The notes below the pieces were generated by a model, which worked only from the letters and a program-made list of their open reading frames with translations, was not told the origin of the DNA and searched no databases. 57,999 nucleotides of DNA from Planctomycetota bacterium (GTDB lineage Bacteria > Planctomycetota > MHYJ01 > WSZJ01), in the NCBI GenBank assembly GCA_038060895.1, contig JBBTCT010000021.1:36370-94368 (forward strand), given 5' to 3'. The position numbers were made by a program, and so were the translations under genes. Shown one piece after another: positions 48,439 to 57,999 of this stretch; the first letter of the stretch is position 1; each line of letters opens with the position of its first letter.

Positions 48439-51400
48439 CCCCGCACGAGCGACGCACCGTGACCGTGCTCTTCGCGCGCGCGGAAGAGCTGGAGCACGGC
48501 TCGGCCGAGGAATCGGATGCCTTCTATGGAATTCTCCGGGGCGCCGTCGAGGGGCACGGGGGGACCGTGGACAAGTTCATCGGCGCCGAGTTCATGGCGG
48601 TCTTCGGCGCCCCGGTCGCGCACGAGGATGACTCTTCGCGCGCCGTCCGCGCCGCGCTCGAAATCGTCGATGCCGCGCGGTCGCGGGCCGTCGCGGTCCA
48701 CGCGGGACTGAACTGCGGGGAGGTCCTGTGGGGAAGCGTCGCGGGCGAACGGCCGACCGCGATAGGGGACCCGGTCAACGTCGCGCACCGGGTCATGGAG
48801 GCGGCGCCGCCGGGCGTCGTCCTGGTTTCCCGTGCCGTCGAGCGCGCCTGCCGCGGCGAAGTCCTCTTCCGCTCCCCCGAACGCCTCGAGATGCGCGGCC
48901 GCGGCGCCGACGTCGAAACGCTCGAAGCCTGGCGCGCTCCTTCCGGGCCGACGGAGGCGCGGCTGTCGCCGCTTCCGCTCACACCGTTCCTGGGCCGCGA
49001 CGCGGAGTTCGCGCGGATCATGGAGATCGCGGCCCGGCCGGGCGGGGGAGCGGCGCTGGTCCGCGGCGAGGCCGGGGCGGGGAAGAGCCGGATGCTGGCG
49101 GAACTCCGGCGCGAGCTGCGCGGCAGGATGCCGGGGCTTCGCTCGATGACCGGGCGGGCGCGCGACGCCGTTCGACTTCCGCTCCTGGCGTTCCGCGAAA
49201 TCGTGACCGCCGAGCTGGGCGCGCCGGGACTGGAAGTCTTCGACCCGGTGACGACGGCGGCGCGCCTGAAGTCCGACCTCGTGCGCGCCGGCGTCAAGGC
49301 GCGCGACGCAGCCTTGCGCGCGGACTTCATCGTGCTCTCGCTCGGCGCCGCGCTTCCCAACTCCCCCGCGCGCCACCTCGATCCCGCGAGTGCAGCGGCT
49401 GAAGCGCGCGCGGCGTGGGCAGACTGGTTCGCGTCGCGGGCGCGCGAAGCGCCGCTCCTCGTCTGCATCGAGGATCTCCACTGGGCGGACCCGGCGACGC
49501 TGGCGCTCGCGGAGCACCTGGCCGCGGCGCTGCCCGGCCGCGGAGTTGCGCTGGTGGCCTCGACCCGGCCGGAGGGGCGTTCCCTGGCGGCATTCGAGGA
49601 AATCGCCGTCCGCGAACTCTCGCCCGAAGCGGCCGCGGGAGTCGCGCGGATGGTGCTCGGGGGTGACATGGTCCCCGCTCTGCAGGACTGGCTCTTCGAG
49701 AAGACCGGCGGCAATCCGCTCTTCATCCAGGAACTCTGCGCGTACCTGCGCGACCGGGAGCTCGTCAAAGGCTCGCCGCTCGCGCTCGATGCCGCGCCCG
49801 CGAGCATCCCCGAAGGGCTGCAAGCACTGCTGGTGGCGCGGCTTGACGTTCTTCCCGCGGCGGAACGCGAGGCGCTGAAAGCCGCGAGCGTGCTCGGGCG
49901 TGTCTTTGGCGCGCGGCTCCTCTCCGCGATCGCGGGCGCCGACGCAATTCTCGCCGCGGGAGAGGCCTTGAAACGCGGGCTCATCCTGCCCCAGGACCGT
50001 TCGCTCATCCCCGGGGACGCCGAGTACGCGTTCCACCACGCGCTCTTCCGGGACGCGGCCTATTCGCTTCTGACGAAGAAGGACCGGTCGAGGCTCCATG
50101 GTCTCGCCGCCGGCGCGCTCCTCGCCGGGTCGCCGGGGCGCGCGCTCCGGGCGCTCGCCGCGCGCCACCGCGAACTCGAGGGACGCGCGAAGGACGCGGC
50201 CGCGATCTGGCTCGGCGTCGCCGAAGATTCGGTCAAGGGCGGAACGCAGGTCGAGACCTCCGACGCGTCGGCCGAGGCGATCCGGCTGGGCGCCGGGGCC
50301 CGCGCGTATGTCCTCGGGGCCGGCTCGTCGCTTCACCTGGCCCGGTTCCCCGAAGCCGAAACGCTGGCGGCGAAGGCGCTCGAAGGAGCGACGTCGGAGA
50401 AAGAAGCCGGCCGCGCGCGGATCCTCATGGCGCGGGCGCGCTTCGCACTTGGGCGAAGCGAAGAATCGCTGGCGGACCTGGGCTTCGTGGCGCAAGGGGG
50501 CTCGGTGGAGAGGCGCATCGAGGGGCTCATCATCCGCGCGGACTTCCTCAGCCGGCTGGGCCGTGCGCCGGAAGCGGCGGAAGCGGCGGCGGCTGCGGGG
50601 GCCCAGCTCGCGGCGGACACTTCGATGCCCGAGGGAGAGCGCGCCGAGTTCGCGGTTTCGCTCCAGTCCACGCTCGGCCAGGTTTCGATCGCCCAGGGGT
50701 TCTACCCGAGGGCGCTCGAACATTTCCGCAACAGCCTCAAGGGCTGTCTTGAACGCGGGCTTCGCGGACGAGCCATCACCACCGAAGGAAACGTCGGCAT
50801 CGCGCTCTACGAACTCGGCCGGATCGAGGAAGCCGAGGTCGCCTTCAGCAACGTGCTCGAAGCGGCCCGCGAAATCGGCGACCGGCGCGCGGTCGCCGCT
50901 TCGTTGAACAATCTCTCCATGATCCGCAGGCGCTCGGGCGACGTGAACGCCGCCGAGCGCATGCTGGTCGAGGCGGTCGCGCTGAATCGCGAGATCGGCT
51001 TTACGAGCGGCGCGATCAACGCCCTGCACAACCTTTCCCAGATTCACCTCGACCGGGGCGACCCGGATCGGGCGGAGGCAATGGCGCGGCAGGTGCTGGC
51101 GGAAGCGCAAGCCACGGGCTCGACGCGCGAGATCAACTCCGCGGCGGGGTTTCTTGGAAACGTCCATTTCTTCCGCGGCGAGCTGGATGAAGCGGAGCCC
51201 CGGTTTGACGAAGCGGACCGGCACGCGGCGGAGCGCAGCGACCGCGTGTCCGCGGCGACCGCGCGGGTGGACCGCGCCGTCTGCAGATTCCTGCGCGCCG
51301 ATTTGACGGGCGCCGAGGCCCTTGCACGCGATGCCGCCGGGGTGCTTCGGGACGGCGGGCATCCGTTCGGGGAAGCTCGGGCGCTGGCAGCGCTGGCGGA

Positions 51401-51881
51401 GACGCTGGAGGCGGCCGGACGGATGCCGAAGGCCGAGGCGGCTGCGGCCGAGTCGGCGGCGCTCTGGACGAGAGTGGGCGATCCCGAATTCTCGGTTTCC
51501 GCCGCGATCCTCCGCTGCCGGCTCGCGCTGGCGCGCGGCGACCGGCCGGAGGCGCGCCGGCGGCTCGACGCGGCGCCGCGCAAGGGCGCGGGGCACGAAT
51601 TCCTCATCCTGCGATTCGCGGAAGCGAGGATGCTGGCGGCCGAGGGGCGCATCGAGGAAGCGCGTTCTGCGATCGAGGCGGCGCGGCACGACCCGGAGTA
51701 TCAACGCCTCCAGGTGGTCGATCGCCTTCACGTCCTTTCGCTCGAGGCCGAGGCGCTTCGCGACGCGGGAGACGCCGCCGGCGCGACGGGTGCCGCAGGG
51801 GAGGGACTCGATCTCGCGCAGGCTCGCGGTATGGCCGTCTGGAAGCCGCGATTCCAGGCCGCCGGGGGGCGTGTAGGATGA
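48429..51881 (+). CDS. Adenylate/guanylate cyclase-like domain + AAA (STAND-type) ATPase + TPR protein
   Basis: ERRTVTVLF, GGTVDKFIG, GDPVNVAHR; Walker A GEAGAGKS; IEDLHWAD; TGGNPLF; FHHALFRDAAY; TPRs. Confidence 0.92.
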   Translation: MPLTPHERRTVTVLFARAEELEHGSAEESDAFYGILRGAVEGHGGTVDKFIGAEFMAVFGAPVAHEDDSSRAVRAALEIVDAARSRAVAVHAGLNCGEVLWGSVAGERPTAIGDPVNVAHRVMEAAPPGVVLVSRAVERACRGEVLFRSPERLEMRGRGADVETLEAWRAPSGPTEARLSPLPLTPFLGRDAEFARIMEIAARPGGGAALVRGEAGAGKSRMLAELRRELRGRMPGLRSMTGRARDAVRLPLLAFREIVTAELGAPGLEVFDPVTTAARLKSDLVRAGVKARDAALRADFIVLSLGAALPNSPARHLDPASAAAEARAAWADWFASRAREAPLLVCIEDLHWADPATLALAEHLAAALPGRGVALVASTRPEGRSLAAFEEIAVRELSPEAAAGVARMVLGGDMVPALQDWLFEKTGGNPLFIQELCAYLRDRELVKGSPLALDAAPASIPEGLQALLVARLDVLPAAEREALKAASVLGRVFGARLLSAIAGADAILAAGEALKRGLILPQDRSLIPGDAEYAFHHALFRDAAYSLLTKKDRSRLHGLAAGALLAGSPGRALRALAARHRELEGRAKDAAAIWLGVAEDSVKGGTQVETSDASAEAIRLGAGARAYVLGAGSSLHLARFPEAETLAAKALEGATSEKEAGRARILMARARFALGRSEESLADLGFVAQGGSVERRIEGLIIRADFLSRLGRAPEAAEAAAAAGAQLAADTSMPEGERAEFAVSLQSTLGQVSIAQGFYPRALEHFRNSLKGCLERGLRGRAITTEGNVGIALYELGRIEEAEVAFSNVLEAAREIGDRRAVAASLNNLSMIRRRSGDVNAAERMLVEAVALNREIGFTSGAINALHNLSQIHLDRGDPDRAEAMARQVLAEAQATGSTREINSAAGFLGNVHFFRGELDEAEPRFDEADRHAAERSDRVSAATARVDRAVCRFLRADLTGAEALARDAAGVLRDGGHPFGEARALAALAETLEAAGRMPKAEAAAAESAALWTRVGDPEFSVSAAILRCRLALARGDRPEARRRLDAAPRKGAGHEFLILRFAEARMLAAEGRIEEARSAIEAARHDPEYQRLQVVDRLHVLSLEAEALRDAGDAAGATGAAGEGLDLAQARGMAVWKPRFQAAGGRVG

Positions 51882-51888
51882 TGCGCCG

Positions 51889-54800
51889 ATGAGCGCGAAA
51901 TTCCAGAACCTGGCCCCGCGCGACCGCGCGTTCGCCGAACTCGTCCGCGCCCGCGGCTGGGCCGACGACCCGACGATCGATCGCTTCCTCCTGGAGTCTT
52001 CCAGCTCCGGACGTCCCGCCGACGTCGCCGCGAGGCTGCGCGCGGCGGGCGTGCTGACCGAAGCACAGGTCGCGTCGATCTGGGAGGCGGTGGATGGCGT
52101 GGAAATGTCGGGGATCCGCGCGCGAACGGGGTCCTGGGGGGACCCCGGCTCGGAGGCGACGATCCGGCCGGCGGGAAGTGCGTCGGCGGCTCCGTCCGCC
52201 AGCGACGCAACCCTGACGCCGGCCTCGCCGCGCGGCACGGCCAGCTCTTCGGATGCAACGATGGCGCCCGCCTCGTCGGCTTCCGCGGCCTCGGGCTCGA
52301 ACGCTTCCTTCCTCACGAAATCGACGACCGGCGGAAAGACCGGCGACCGGATCGGCCCGTACAAACTGATGCGGGAACTCGGGCGCGGCGGCATGGGAGT
52401 CGTGTACCGGGCGATGCACGTCGAGCTGCGGCGGGAAGTCGCGCTGAAGATCATGCTCACGGGGCTGCCGGCGGACGATCCCGACACCGAGCGCTTCCGC
52501 CGTGAAGCAGGGCTCGTCGCGCGCGTCGGACGCCATCCTCACCTGGTCACGGTGCACGAAATCGGCCGCGAAGAAGACCGGCTGTTCTTCACGATGGACT
52601 ACATTGACGGCCGCTCTGCGCGCCAGCGCACCGAGGACGAGGGCGCATTCCCGCCTCGCGAGGCGGCCGCGCTCTGCGCGGACATCGCCGCGGCGCTGGA
52701 ATTCGTGCACAAGGCCGGCGTGCTTCACCGCGACGTGAAACCGCACAACGTGCTGATCGACGCCAGCGGGAGGGGCTACCTCTCGGACTTCGGGCTGGCG
52801 AAGGCGGAGGACGGAGGCAAGGGGCTGACCGTGACGGGGGCGGCGCTCGGGACCCCTTCGTACATGGCGCCTGAAATCGCCGCGCGCGGGGCGAAGGAAG
52901 CGTCCGCGCGGTCCGACGTGTACTCGCTGGGCGCGACGCTTTTCGAAATGCTGACCGGCCGGCCGCCTTTCACGGGCCTCAGCGGCATCGAGCTCATCCG
53001 CGCCGTGGCCGAGCAGGACCCGCCTTCGCCGCGCGGCTTGCGCGCCGAGCTCCACCCCGATCTCGACGTCATCTGCCAGAAAGCGATGGAGAAGGATCCC
53101 GCCCGCCGCTACGCGACCGCGGAGGAACTCGAGGCCGACCTGCGACGCTTCGTGAACAGCGAACCAATCCGCGCCCGCCCGATCTCCCGCTGGGAGAAGC
53201 TCGGTCGGAAGGCGCGGCGGCATGCCGGCGTCCTCGCCGCGGTCGTCCTCGCCATCGCCGTTCTCTCCGTCGTCGGCGGCTGGAGCGGACTTCGCTGGTG
53301 GCGCAACGAAAAGGCGCGCCGCGCCGTCGCGGAAGAACTCGCCGGCCGCAAGGCGAATGCCGCGCCGCTTCTCCAGGAGGGAGTTTCCGCGATCGACGTG
53401 TCCGACGAAGCGGAAATTTCCGGCCGCCCCGGCGAGCAGGGGCAGCGGGCCGCGCGCGCGGCAGAGGTGCTGGCGCAGGCCGCCGCGCTTCTCCCGGACG
53501 ACGCCGAAATCCGCTTCCAGCTCGGCCGCGCCCTGCGGCGGGCGGGCAGGCCGCTGGAAGCCCTGGAGGAACTGGAGCGGGCGGTGGAGCTCAATCCGAG
53601 GCACACGCTCGCTTGGTTCGAGCACGGGATGATCGCGCAGGACGCGTGGCTCAAGGTTCGCGGCACGTTCGGACGGCGCATCAATCTCGCGCGCCCGAAC
53701 GAATTCGGCTACCGGACTTCCAGCGAGCCGGCGTTCACTTCGTGGATTTCAGCCGGGAAAGGAAAAACGGACCGGCCATGGAAGGAGATTGCCGCGCGCG
53801 ATTTCGAGCGGGCGGTCGGAACGGGCGCAGGCAAGGAACTGGGCGCGTACGGGCGGGCGATGCTCCTGTATCTCGAGGGGAAGCATGCCGAAGCGCTGAA
53901 GGAAATGGACGCCGCCGTCGCGATCAATCCCTATTTCGCGCCGGCGCTCGCGGCGGAAGCGGAGATTCGCGAGTTCACGTCGAAGCGCGCGGAGGACGGC
54001 CTGGAGTGGCGCGGGAAGCTTGCGGAAGTCCAGCCGCGCAACCCGGCGGTCCTCCTGGAGTACGCGGTCTCGCTCGCGGCAGTCGGCCGCCGCGCCGAGG
54101 CGCGCGAGAAAGTGCTGCTGGCCCTCGAGGGGCGCGAGGTCTACAGCTGGCTCGCCTACGGGGCGTGGACGCTCATCACGGCCGGCGCATTTCCGGATGC
54201 CGAGTCCGTTTCGCGCCGCGCCGTCGCCGCCGCAGTTGCCCGGACCGACAAGATCCAGGCGCTCTACACGCTTCGTGAAGCGCTCCTGTTCCAGAAGCGC
54301 TACGCCGACGCGCGCGCCGTCCTCCAGGAACACAGCGCGTTCCTCGGCGAAGACTTCGTTCTCGCCTACACGGGCTCCGACTACGCCGAGGAGGGGTTGT
54401 ACACCGGGGCGATCGCGAGTTTCCGGGCGCTTCCCGAGCGCTCCGCGCTGAAGGCCGCCTTCCGCCATCCGGCGGCCTACGCGGAGTGGACCTGCGGCAA
54501 CATTCACCGCGCGAAAGCGATGTCCTTGCAGGATCTGGCACCGGGGCAGCTGCCCCCGGTCAACCTCCCGATTTTCCGGCTCGACCTGGGCGAGATCGAC
54601 CAGGCCCTGACGGAGGTAGAACAGCTCATCGCCTCAGATCCCGAGAGCTCCTCGCTCCGCAGCAATCTCGCCGGCGCGCTCTTCATGAAGGGCGACTACT
54701 CAAGAGCCATCGAAGCGCTCGAGCAGGCCTTCCTGCGTTCCCCGGTGCAGCAGGCCCTGAAAGACCAGGTGACGAAGCTGTTCGTGGACCTCAAGAAGCG

Positions 54801-55212
54801 CGCGGCGGCGGCGAAGACGCCGGCCGAGGCGGGGAAGCTGGTGGAGGGGATCGGCGCGATGGTGACGTTCGCGGTGAGCCAGGGCGGCGCGGACGCGGAA
54901 GGGGCCGGCGCGGGCCGGGTCGCTCTTCAGGCGCTGTGGTGGGCGCTTCAGGAGTTCTACTGGATCAACGGGATGCCGAAGGAGTCTCTCGCGTGCGGCT
55001 CGCGCTATCTCACCCTGAGAAGGCACGGCAACATCCTGTACAAGCAGGCGCGGGCCTACGCGGCGCGCGGGAAGCCCGACACGGCGCTGCAGGCGCTTCG
55101 CGAAGCGATGGAGCAGGGATTTGACGAGGCGAAGAGGCTGGATGGGGAGCCGGCGTTTGACGCGGTGCGTCAATTGCCGGCGTTCGTCGAGATACGCAAG
55201 AAGTGCCGGTGA
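51889..55212 (+). CDS. Ser/Thr protein kinase with TM and TPR repeats
   Basis: Complete kinase motifs; paralogous to 45280-48438 along its whole length. Confidence 0.93.
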   Translation: MSAKFQNLAPRDRAFAELVRARGWADDPTIDRFLLESSSSGRPADVAARLRAAGVLTEAQVASIWEAVDGVEMSGIRARTGSWGDPGSEATIRPAGSASAAPSASDATLTPASPRGTASSSDATMAPASSASAASGSNASFLTKSTTGGKTGDRIGPYKLMRELGRGGMGVVYRAMHVELRREVALKIMLTGLPADDPDTERFRREAGLVARVGRHPHLVTVHEIGREEDRLFFTMDYIDGRSARQRTEDEGAFPPREAAALCADIAAALEFVHKAGVLHRDVKPHNVLIDASGRGYLSDFGLAKAEDGGKGLTVTGAALGTPSYMAPEIAARGAKEASARSDVYSLGATLFEMLTGRPPFTGLSGIELIRAVAEQDPPSPRGLRAELHPDLDVICQKAMEKDPARRYATAEELEADLRRFVNSEPIRARPISRWEKLGRKARRHAGVLAAVVLAIAVLSVVGGWSGLRWWRNEKARRAVAEELAGRKANAAPLLQEGVSAIDVSDEAEISGRPGEQGQRAARAAEVLAQAAALLPDDAEIRFQLGRALRRAGRPLEALEELERAVELNPRHTLAWFEHGMIAQDAWLKVRGTFGRRINLARPNEFGYRTSSEPAFTSWISAGKGKTDRPWKEIAARDFERAVGTGAGKELGAYGRAMLLYLEGKHAEALKEMDAAVAINPYFAPALAAEAEIREFTSKRAEDGLEWRGKLAEVQPRNPAVLLEYAVSLAAVGRRAEAREKVLLALEGREVYSWLAYGAWTLITAGAFPDAESVSRRAVAAAVARTDKIQALYTLREALLFQKRYADARAVLQEHSAFLGEDFVLAYTGSDYAEEGLYTGAIASFRALPERSALKAAFRHPAAYAEWTCGNIHRAKAMSLQDLAPGQLPPVNLPIFRLDLGEIDQALTEVEQLIASDPESSSLRSNLAGALFMKGDYSRAIEALEQAFLRSPVQQALKDQVTKLFVDLKKRAAAAKTPAEAGKLVEGIGAMVTFAVSQGGADAEGAGAGRVALQALWWALQEFYWINGMPKESLACGSRYLTLRRHGNILYKQARAYAARGKPDTALQALREAMEQGFDEAKRLDGEPAFDAVRQLPAFVEIRKKCR

Positions 55213-55214
55213 GC

Positions 55215-56525
55215 ATGGACGCGGAGCGGGTCTACTTCTTCCGCCACGCACTCCTGCGCGACGCGGCATACCAGCTGCAGCTTCCAGGCGCCCGCGCGAG
55301 GCTGCACGGATTGGCGCTTGCGGCCATCGAGGGAATCTTCGGCGGGCGGCCGCCCACGCCGCCTCCCCTGGAGGCGCCGGGACCGCTGACACCCGCGACT
55401 CACCCCTCGGATCCGTGGGCCGAGGAACTCGCCGGCCACGCCCGGTTCGCGCTCAGTCCTGCCGCAGGACCCGGCGTGTCCCCGGATCTCGTCGATGTCG
55501 AGAAGACCTACGTGCGCCGCGCCGCGGAGCAGGGCGAAAGGCACTTCCGCCTCCCGGCCGCCCGGGTGCTCTGGGAGCGCTACGCGGAACTCTCCTCCGG
55601 CGTCGAAAAGGCTGAATCCCTCCGCCGCGCCGGCGGCGTGGCACAGCAGGCAGGACTTCTTCGCATTGCAGAACCCCTGTTCGAATCGGCTCTCGCCCTC
55701 GTCGCGGAATCCGGAAACGGCCGCATCCACGGCGCCGTCCTCGTCTCCGTCGCCGCCCTCGACCGCGAAATGGGACGCATCGACCAGGCCGAACTCCGGC
55801 TTCAGCGCGCTATTGCGCTTCACAGGGACCGCGCCGACCGGCGCAACGAGGGCATTGCGCTTGGCGGACTCGGCAACCTCTTCAGGGAAACCGCCCGCCA
55901 GGAGCAGGCAGAGCCGCTTCTCCTCGAGTCGCTGGCCATCCTGCGCGAATTTCATGACCGGCGCCTAGAGGGCATCACCCTGTCCAACCTCGCGACGCTC
56001 ACGGCGGATACCGGGAGAGAAGCGCTGGCCGGGTCGATGTTCCTGGAGGCGGCTGCGATTCATCGGGAGTGCGGCAACAGGCGCTCCGAGGCCGTCGTTC
56101 TCGGGAATCTTGCCGTGCTCTTCGGGAGAACGCAAAGGACCGCCGAAGCGGAGCGTGCCTACCTCCGCGCGCTCGAGCTGAATCGCGACATCGGCGACAG
56201 GAGGCTGGAGGGAGTCACGCTTGGCAATTACGCGGGGCTCCTCGCGTTCACCGGGCGCGCAGGCCAAGCCGAAGAATTCCTCAGGCAGGCGATCGACATC
56301 CACCGGGACGTTGGAAACCGGAGATTTGAGGGCGTGCACCAGCTGGAACTCGCCGGCCTGAAACTCCGCCAGGGCCGGGTGGAAGAAGCGAGGGCCGACT
56401 GGGCGCCCGGGGCCGCGATCCTGCGCGAGGTCCGCGCCTTGCCGGATCTCGAACGCCAGAAGGCAAGCGCCCGCGCGACATGCGAACGGCTCGGGATTGA
56501 GTTCCCGGAGGCGGACGAGTTGTAG
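55215..56525 (+). CDS. TPR protein starting with the STAND-linker FRHALLRDAAY motif
   Basis: YFFRHALLRDAAY...RLHGLA followed by EG..L.NL-type TPR repeats; start may be 55209 or 55215. Confidence 0.85.
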   Translation: MDAERVYFFRHALLRDAAYQLQLPGARARLHGLALAAIEGIFGGRPPTPPPLEAPGPLTPATHPSDPWAEELAGHARFALSPAAGPGVSPDLVDVEKTYVRRAAEQGERHFRLPAARVLWERYAELSSGVEKAESLRRAGGVAQQAGLLRIAEPLFESALALVAESGNGRIHGAVLVSVAALDREMGRIDQAELRLQRAIALHRDRADRRNEGIALGGLGNLFRETARQEQAEPLLLESLAILREFHDRRLEGITLSNLATLTADTGREALAGSMFLEAAAIHRECGNRRSEAVVLGNLAVLFGRTQRTAEAERAYLRALELNRDIGDRRLEGVTLGNYAGLLAFTGRAGQAEEFLRQAIDIHRDVGNRRFEGVHQLELAGLKLRQGRVEEARADWAPGAAILREVRALPDLERQKASARATCERLGIEFPEADEL

Positions 56526-56618
56526 GCGCCCCGCGGTTCCGGGTCGGCGGTGCCGCAGGGGATTCCGCACCTTATACTTTCGTCCCATGTCGAGCGGCTC
56601 CCACTCCCTTGGGAATCA

Positions 56619-56755
56619 GCAACTACAAGACCGCGAACTTTCAAGCAAACGAAGAACTACAAGACAGCAACGAACGGCCCGCCCGAACCACGGATCGATA
56701 AAGTTGCCGTCTTGTAGTTCCCAGTTTGCTTGAAAGTTCGCGGTTTTGAAGTTGC
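56619..56755. repeat. Intergenic inverted repeat with 53-bp arms (47/53 match)
   Basis: 56619-56671 versus 56703-56755, with internal AACTACAAGAC duplication. Confidence 0.88.
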
Positions 56756-56795
56756 GGTTTCGGCCTTTAGAGGTCCCCCCAGGATCGAACCCTCC

Positions 56796-57999
56796 CTGCC
56801 GCAATCCCTTGCCCCGCGCGATCGCGCCTTCGCCGAAGTCGCACGCGCGCGCGGCTGGGCCGACGACGCCGCGCTCGCCCGCGCCGCCGCCGAATCCGCA
56901 GCCGGCGGCCATTCCCTTCCAGACACGCTCTTCCGCTCCGGCGTTCTCACGGTGGAGCAGATCCGATCGTTGTCGGAAGCCGTCGATGGCGTCCCCTCGA
57001 CGGTCGTCCCGCGCGGCGAGCCTGCTGTGGGCGCCGCCCCGCCGCCCGAGGGCGCGAGCATCGGTCCCTACCGCCTCGTCAAGGAACTCGGCCGTGGCGG
57101 CGTCGGCGTGGTCTATCGAGCGCTTCACACCGGCCTTCTTCGTGAAGTCGCGCTGAAAGTTCTCCTGCGCGGCGCCGACGCGTCCGAAGAACAGGAGGCG
57201 CGCTTCCGCCGCGAGGCCGAAGTGCTGGCGAAACTCGGGCGCCATCCCAATCTCGTGCAGGTGTACGACGTGGGGCGCGAGGAAGGCCGGCTCTGGTTCG
57301 CGATGGACTTCGTGGACGGGCCCGCGCTCTCCGAAATCGCGCGCGGGAAAACACCGCTGCCGCCTCGCGAGGCTGCTTCCATTGTCGCCGACGCCGCGTC
57401 CGGCCTCGCCGCGGCCCACGCCGCCGGGATCGTCCACCGCGACGTCAAGCCCGCCAACATCCTCGTCGCGCACGACGGCCGCGGCGTCGTCGGCGACTTC
57501 GGACTCGCCCGCGACCAACGCGGCTCTTCCGGCCTCACCCTCAGCGGCGACGTCTTCGGCACGCCCGCGTACATGAGCCCCGAGCAGGCGGCCGGAGGCG
57601 GCCGCCACGCGACGGCCGCTTCGGACATTTTTTCGCTCGGCGCTTCGCTGTACGAAGCTCTGACCGGGAAGCAGCCGTTCGACGGGATGTCAATGGCCGA
57701 CCTGCTGAAAAAGGTCATCGAGGAAGAGCCGCTTCCGCCGGCGTCGCTGCGACCGGAGTTGCATGCGGACCTGGAGGTGATCTGCCTGAAGGCGATGCGA
57801 AAGAGGCCGGAGGGCCGGTATGCGTCGGCGAAGGCGATGGAGTCCGACCTGCGGCGCTGGCTTGCGGGGGAGCCGATCGAGGCGCGGCCGCAGGGGGCGC
57901 TGGAGCGTTGGGGCGCGTGGGCGGGGCGTCGGCGGGGGCTGGTGGCGGCGGTCGTGATCGCGGCCGTGGCCGCGGCCGGGGGAGTGGGAAGATCGGAAG
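56796..57999 (+). CDS. Ser/Thr protein kinase, runs off the window end; start codon uncertain
   Basis: Manual translation: LAPRDRAFAEVARARGWADD...LGRGGVGVVY...HRDVKPAN...DFGLAR...GTPAYMSPE. No in-frame ATG before the kinase domain; CTG56796 or TTG56730 are possible starts. Confidence 0.85.
   Translation, partial: MPQSLAPRDRAFAEVARARGWADDAALARAAAESAAGGHSLPDTLFRSGVLTVEQIRSLSEAVDGVPSTVVPRGEPAVGAAPPPEGASIGPYRLVKELGRGGVGVVYRALHTGLLREVALKVLLRGADASEEQEARFRREAEVLAKLGRHPNLVQVYDVGREEGRLWFAMDFVDGPALSEIARGKTPLPPREAASIVADAASGLAAAHAAGIVHRDVKPANILVAHDGRGVVGDFGLARDQRGSSGLTLSGDVFGTPAYMSPEQAAGGGRHATAASDIFSLGASLYEALTGKQPFDGMSMADLLKKVIEEEPLPPASLRPELHADLEVICLKAMRKRPEGRYASAKAMESDLRRWLAGEPIEARPQGALERWGAWAGRRRGLVAAVVIAAVAAAGGVGRSE

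Noticed and set aside
480-52487. Very long antisense ORFs (e.g. 480-2282+, 10178-11956+, 27848-30169+, 45862-48201-, 48243-52487-)
   Set aside because: These are shadow frames of GC-rich genes with clear motifs on the opposite strand, and they show no recognisable domains.
1-57999. Genome-wide reassignment of UGA to Trp or Gly (genetic code 4/25)
   Set aside because: Many complete genes end in TGA, including ATGA overlaps. Trp and Gly use standard codons. Internal TGAs occur once per gene and at Cys positions where the family is recognisable.

Overview
GC-rich bacterial DNA. The gene content (many Hanks-type Ser/Thr kinases with TPR or LamG sensors, ECF sigma factors, FG-GAP, VIT-vWA and TIGR03790-like proteins) suggests Planctomycetota, which is an inference. 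The window opens with tRNA-Val(TAC) and a ~5.8 kb island-like segment bounded by an 18-bp perfect inverted repeat. The main result is that seven reading frames split by the ORF track are interrupted by a single in-frame TGA, each followed by a candidate SECIS-like hairpin. Three of these TGAs sit exactly at family-conserved Cys positions. The most striking is a 1553-aa anti-sigma/alpha-2-macroglobulin fusion whose thioester motif reads G-[UGA]-F-E-Q, which predicts a selenoester protein in an ECF sigma operon. The others are two tandem AhpD-like CxxU proteins, an FG-GAP protein (W-U-C), a helical-repeat exported protein, a small membrane protein and a small secreted protein. No sel genes lie in the window, so selenocysteine identity is inferred, not shown. 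The right end carries a kinase/STAND-TPR array with a degenerate cyclase domain. Six long intergenic inverted repeats, several built from short tandem units, are scattered through the window.
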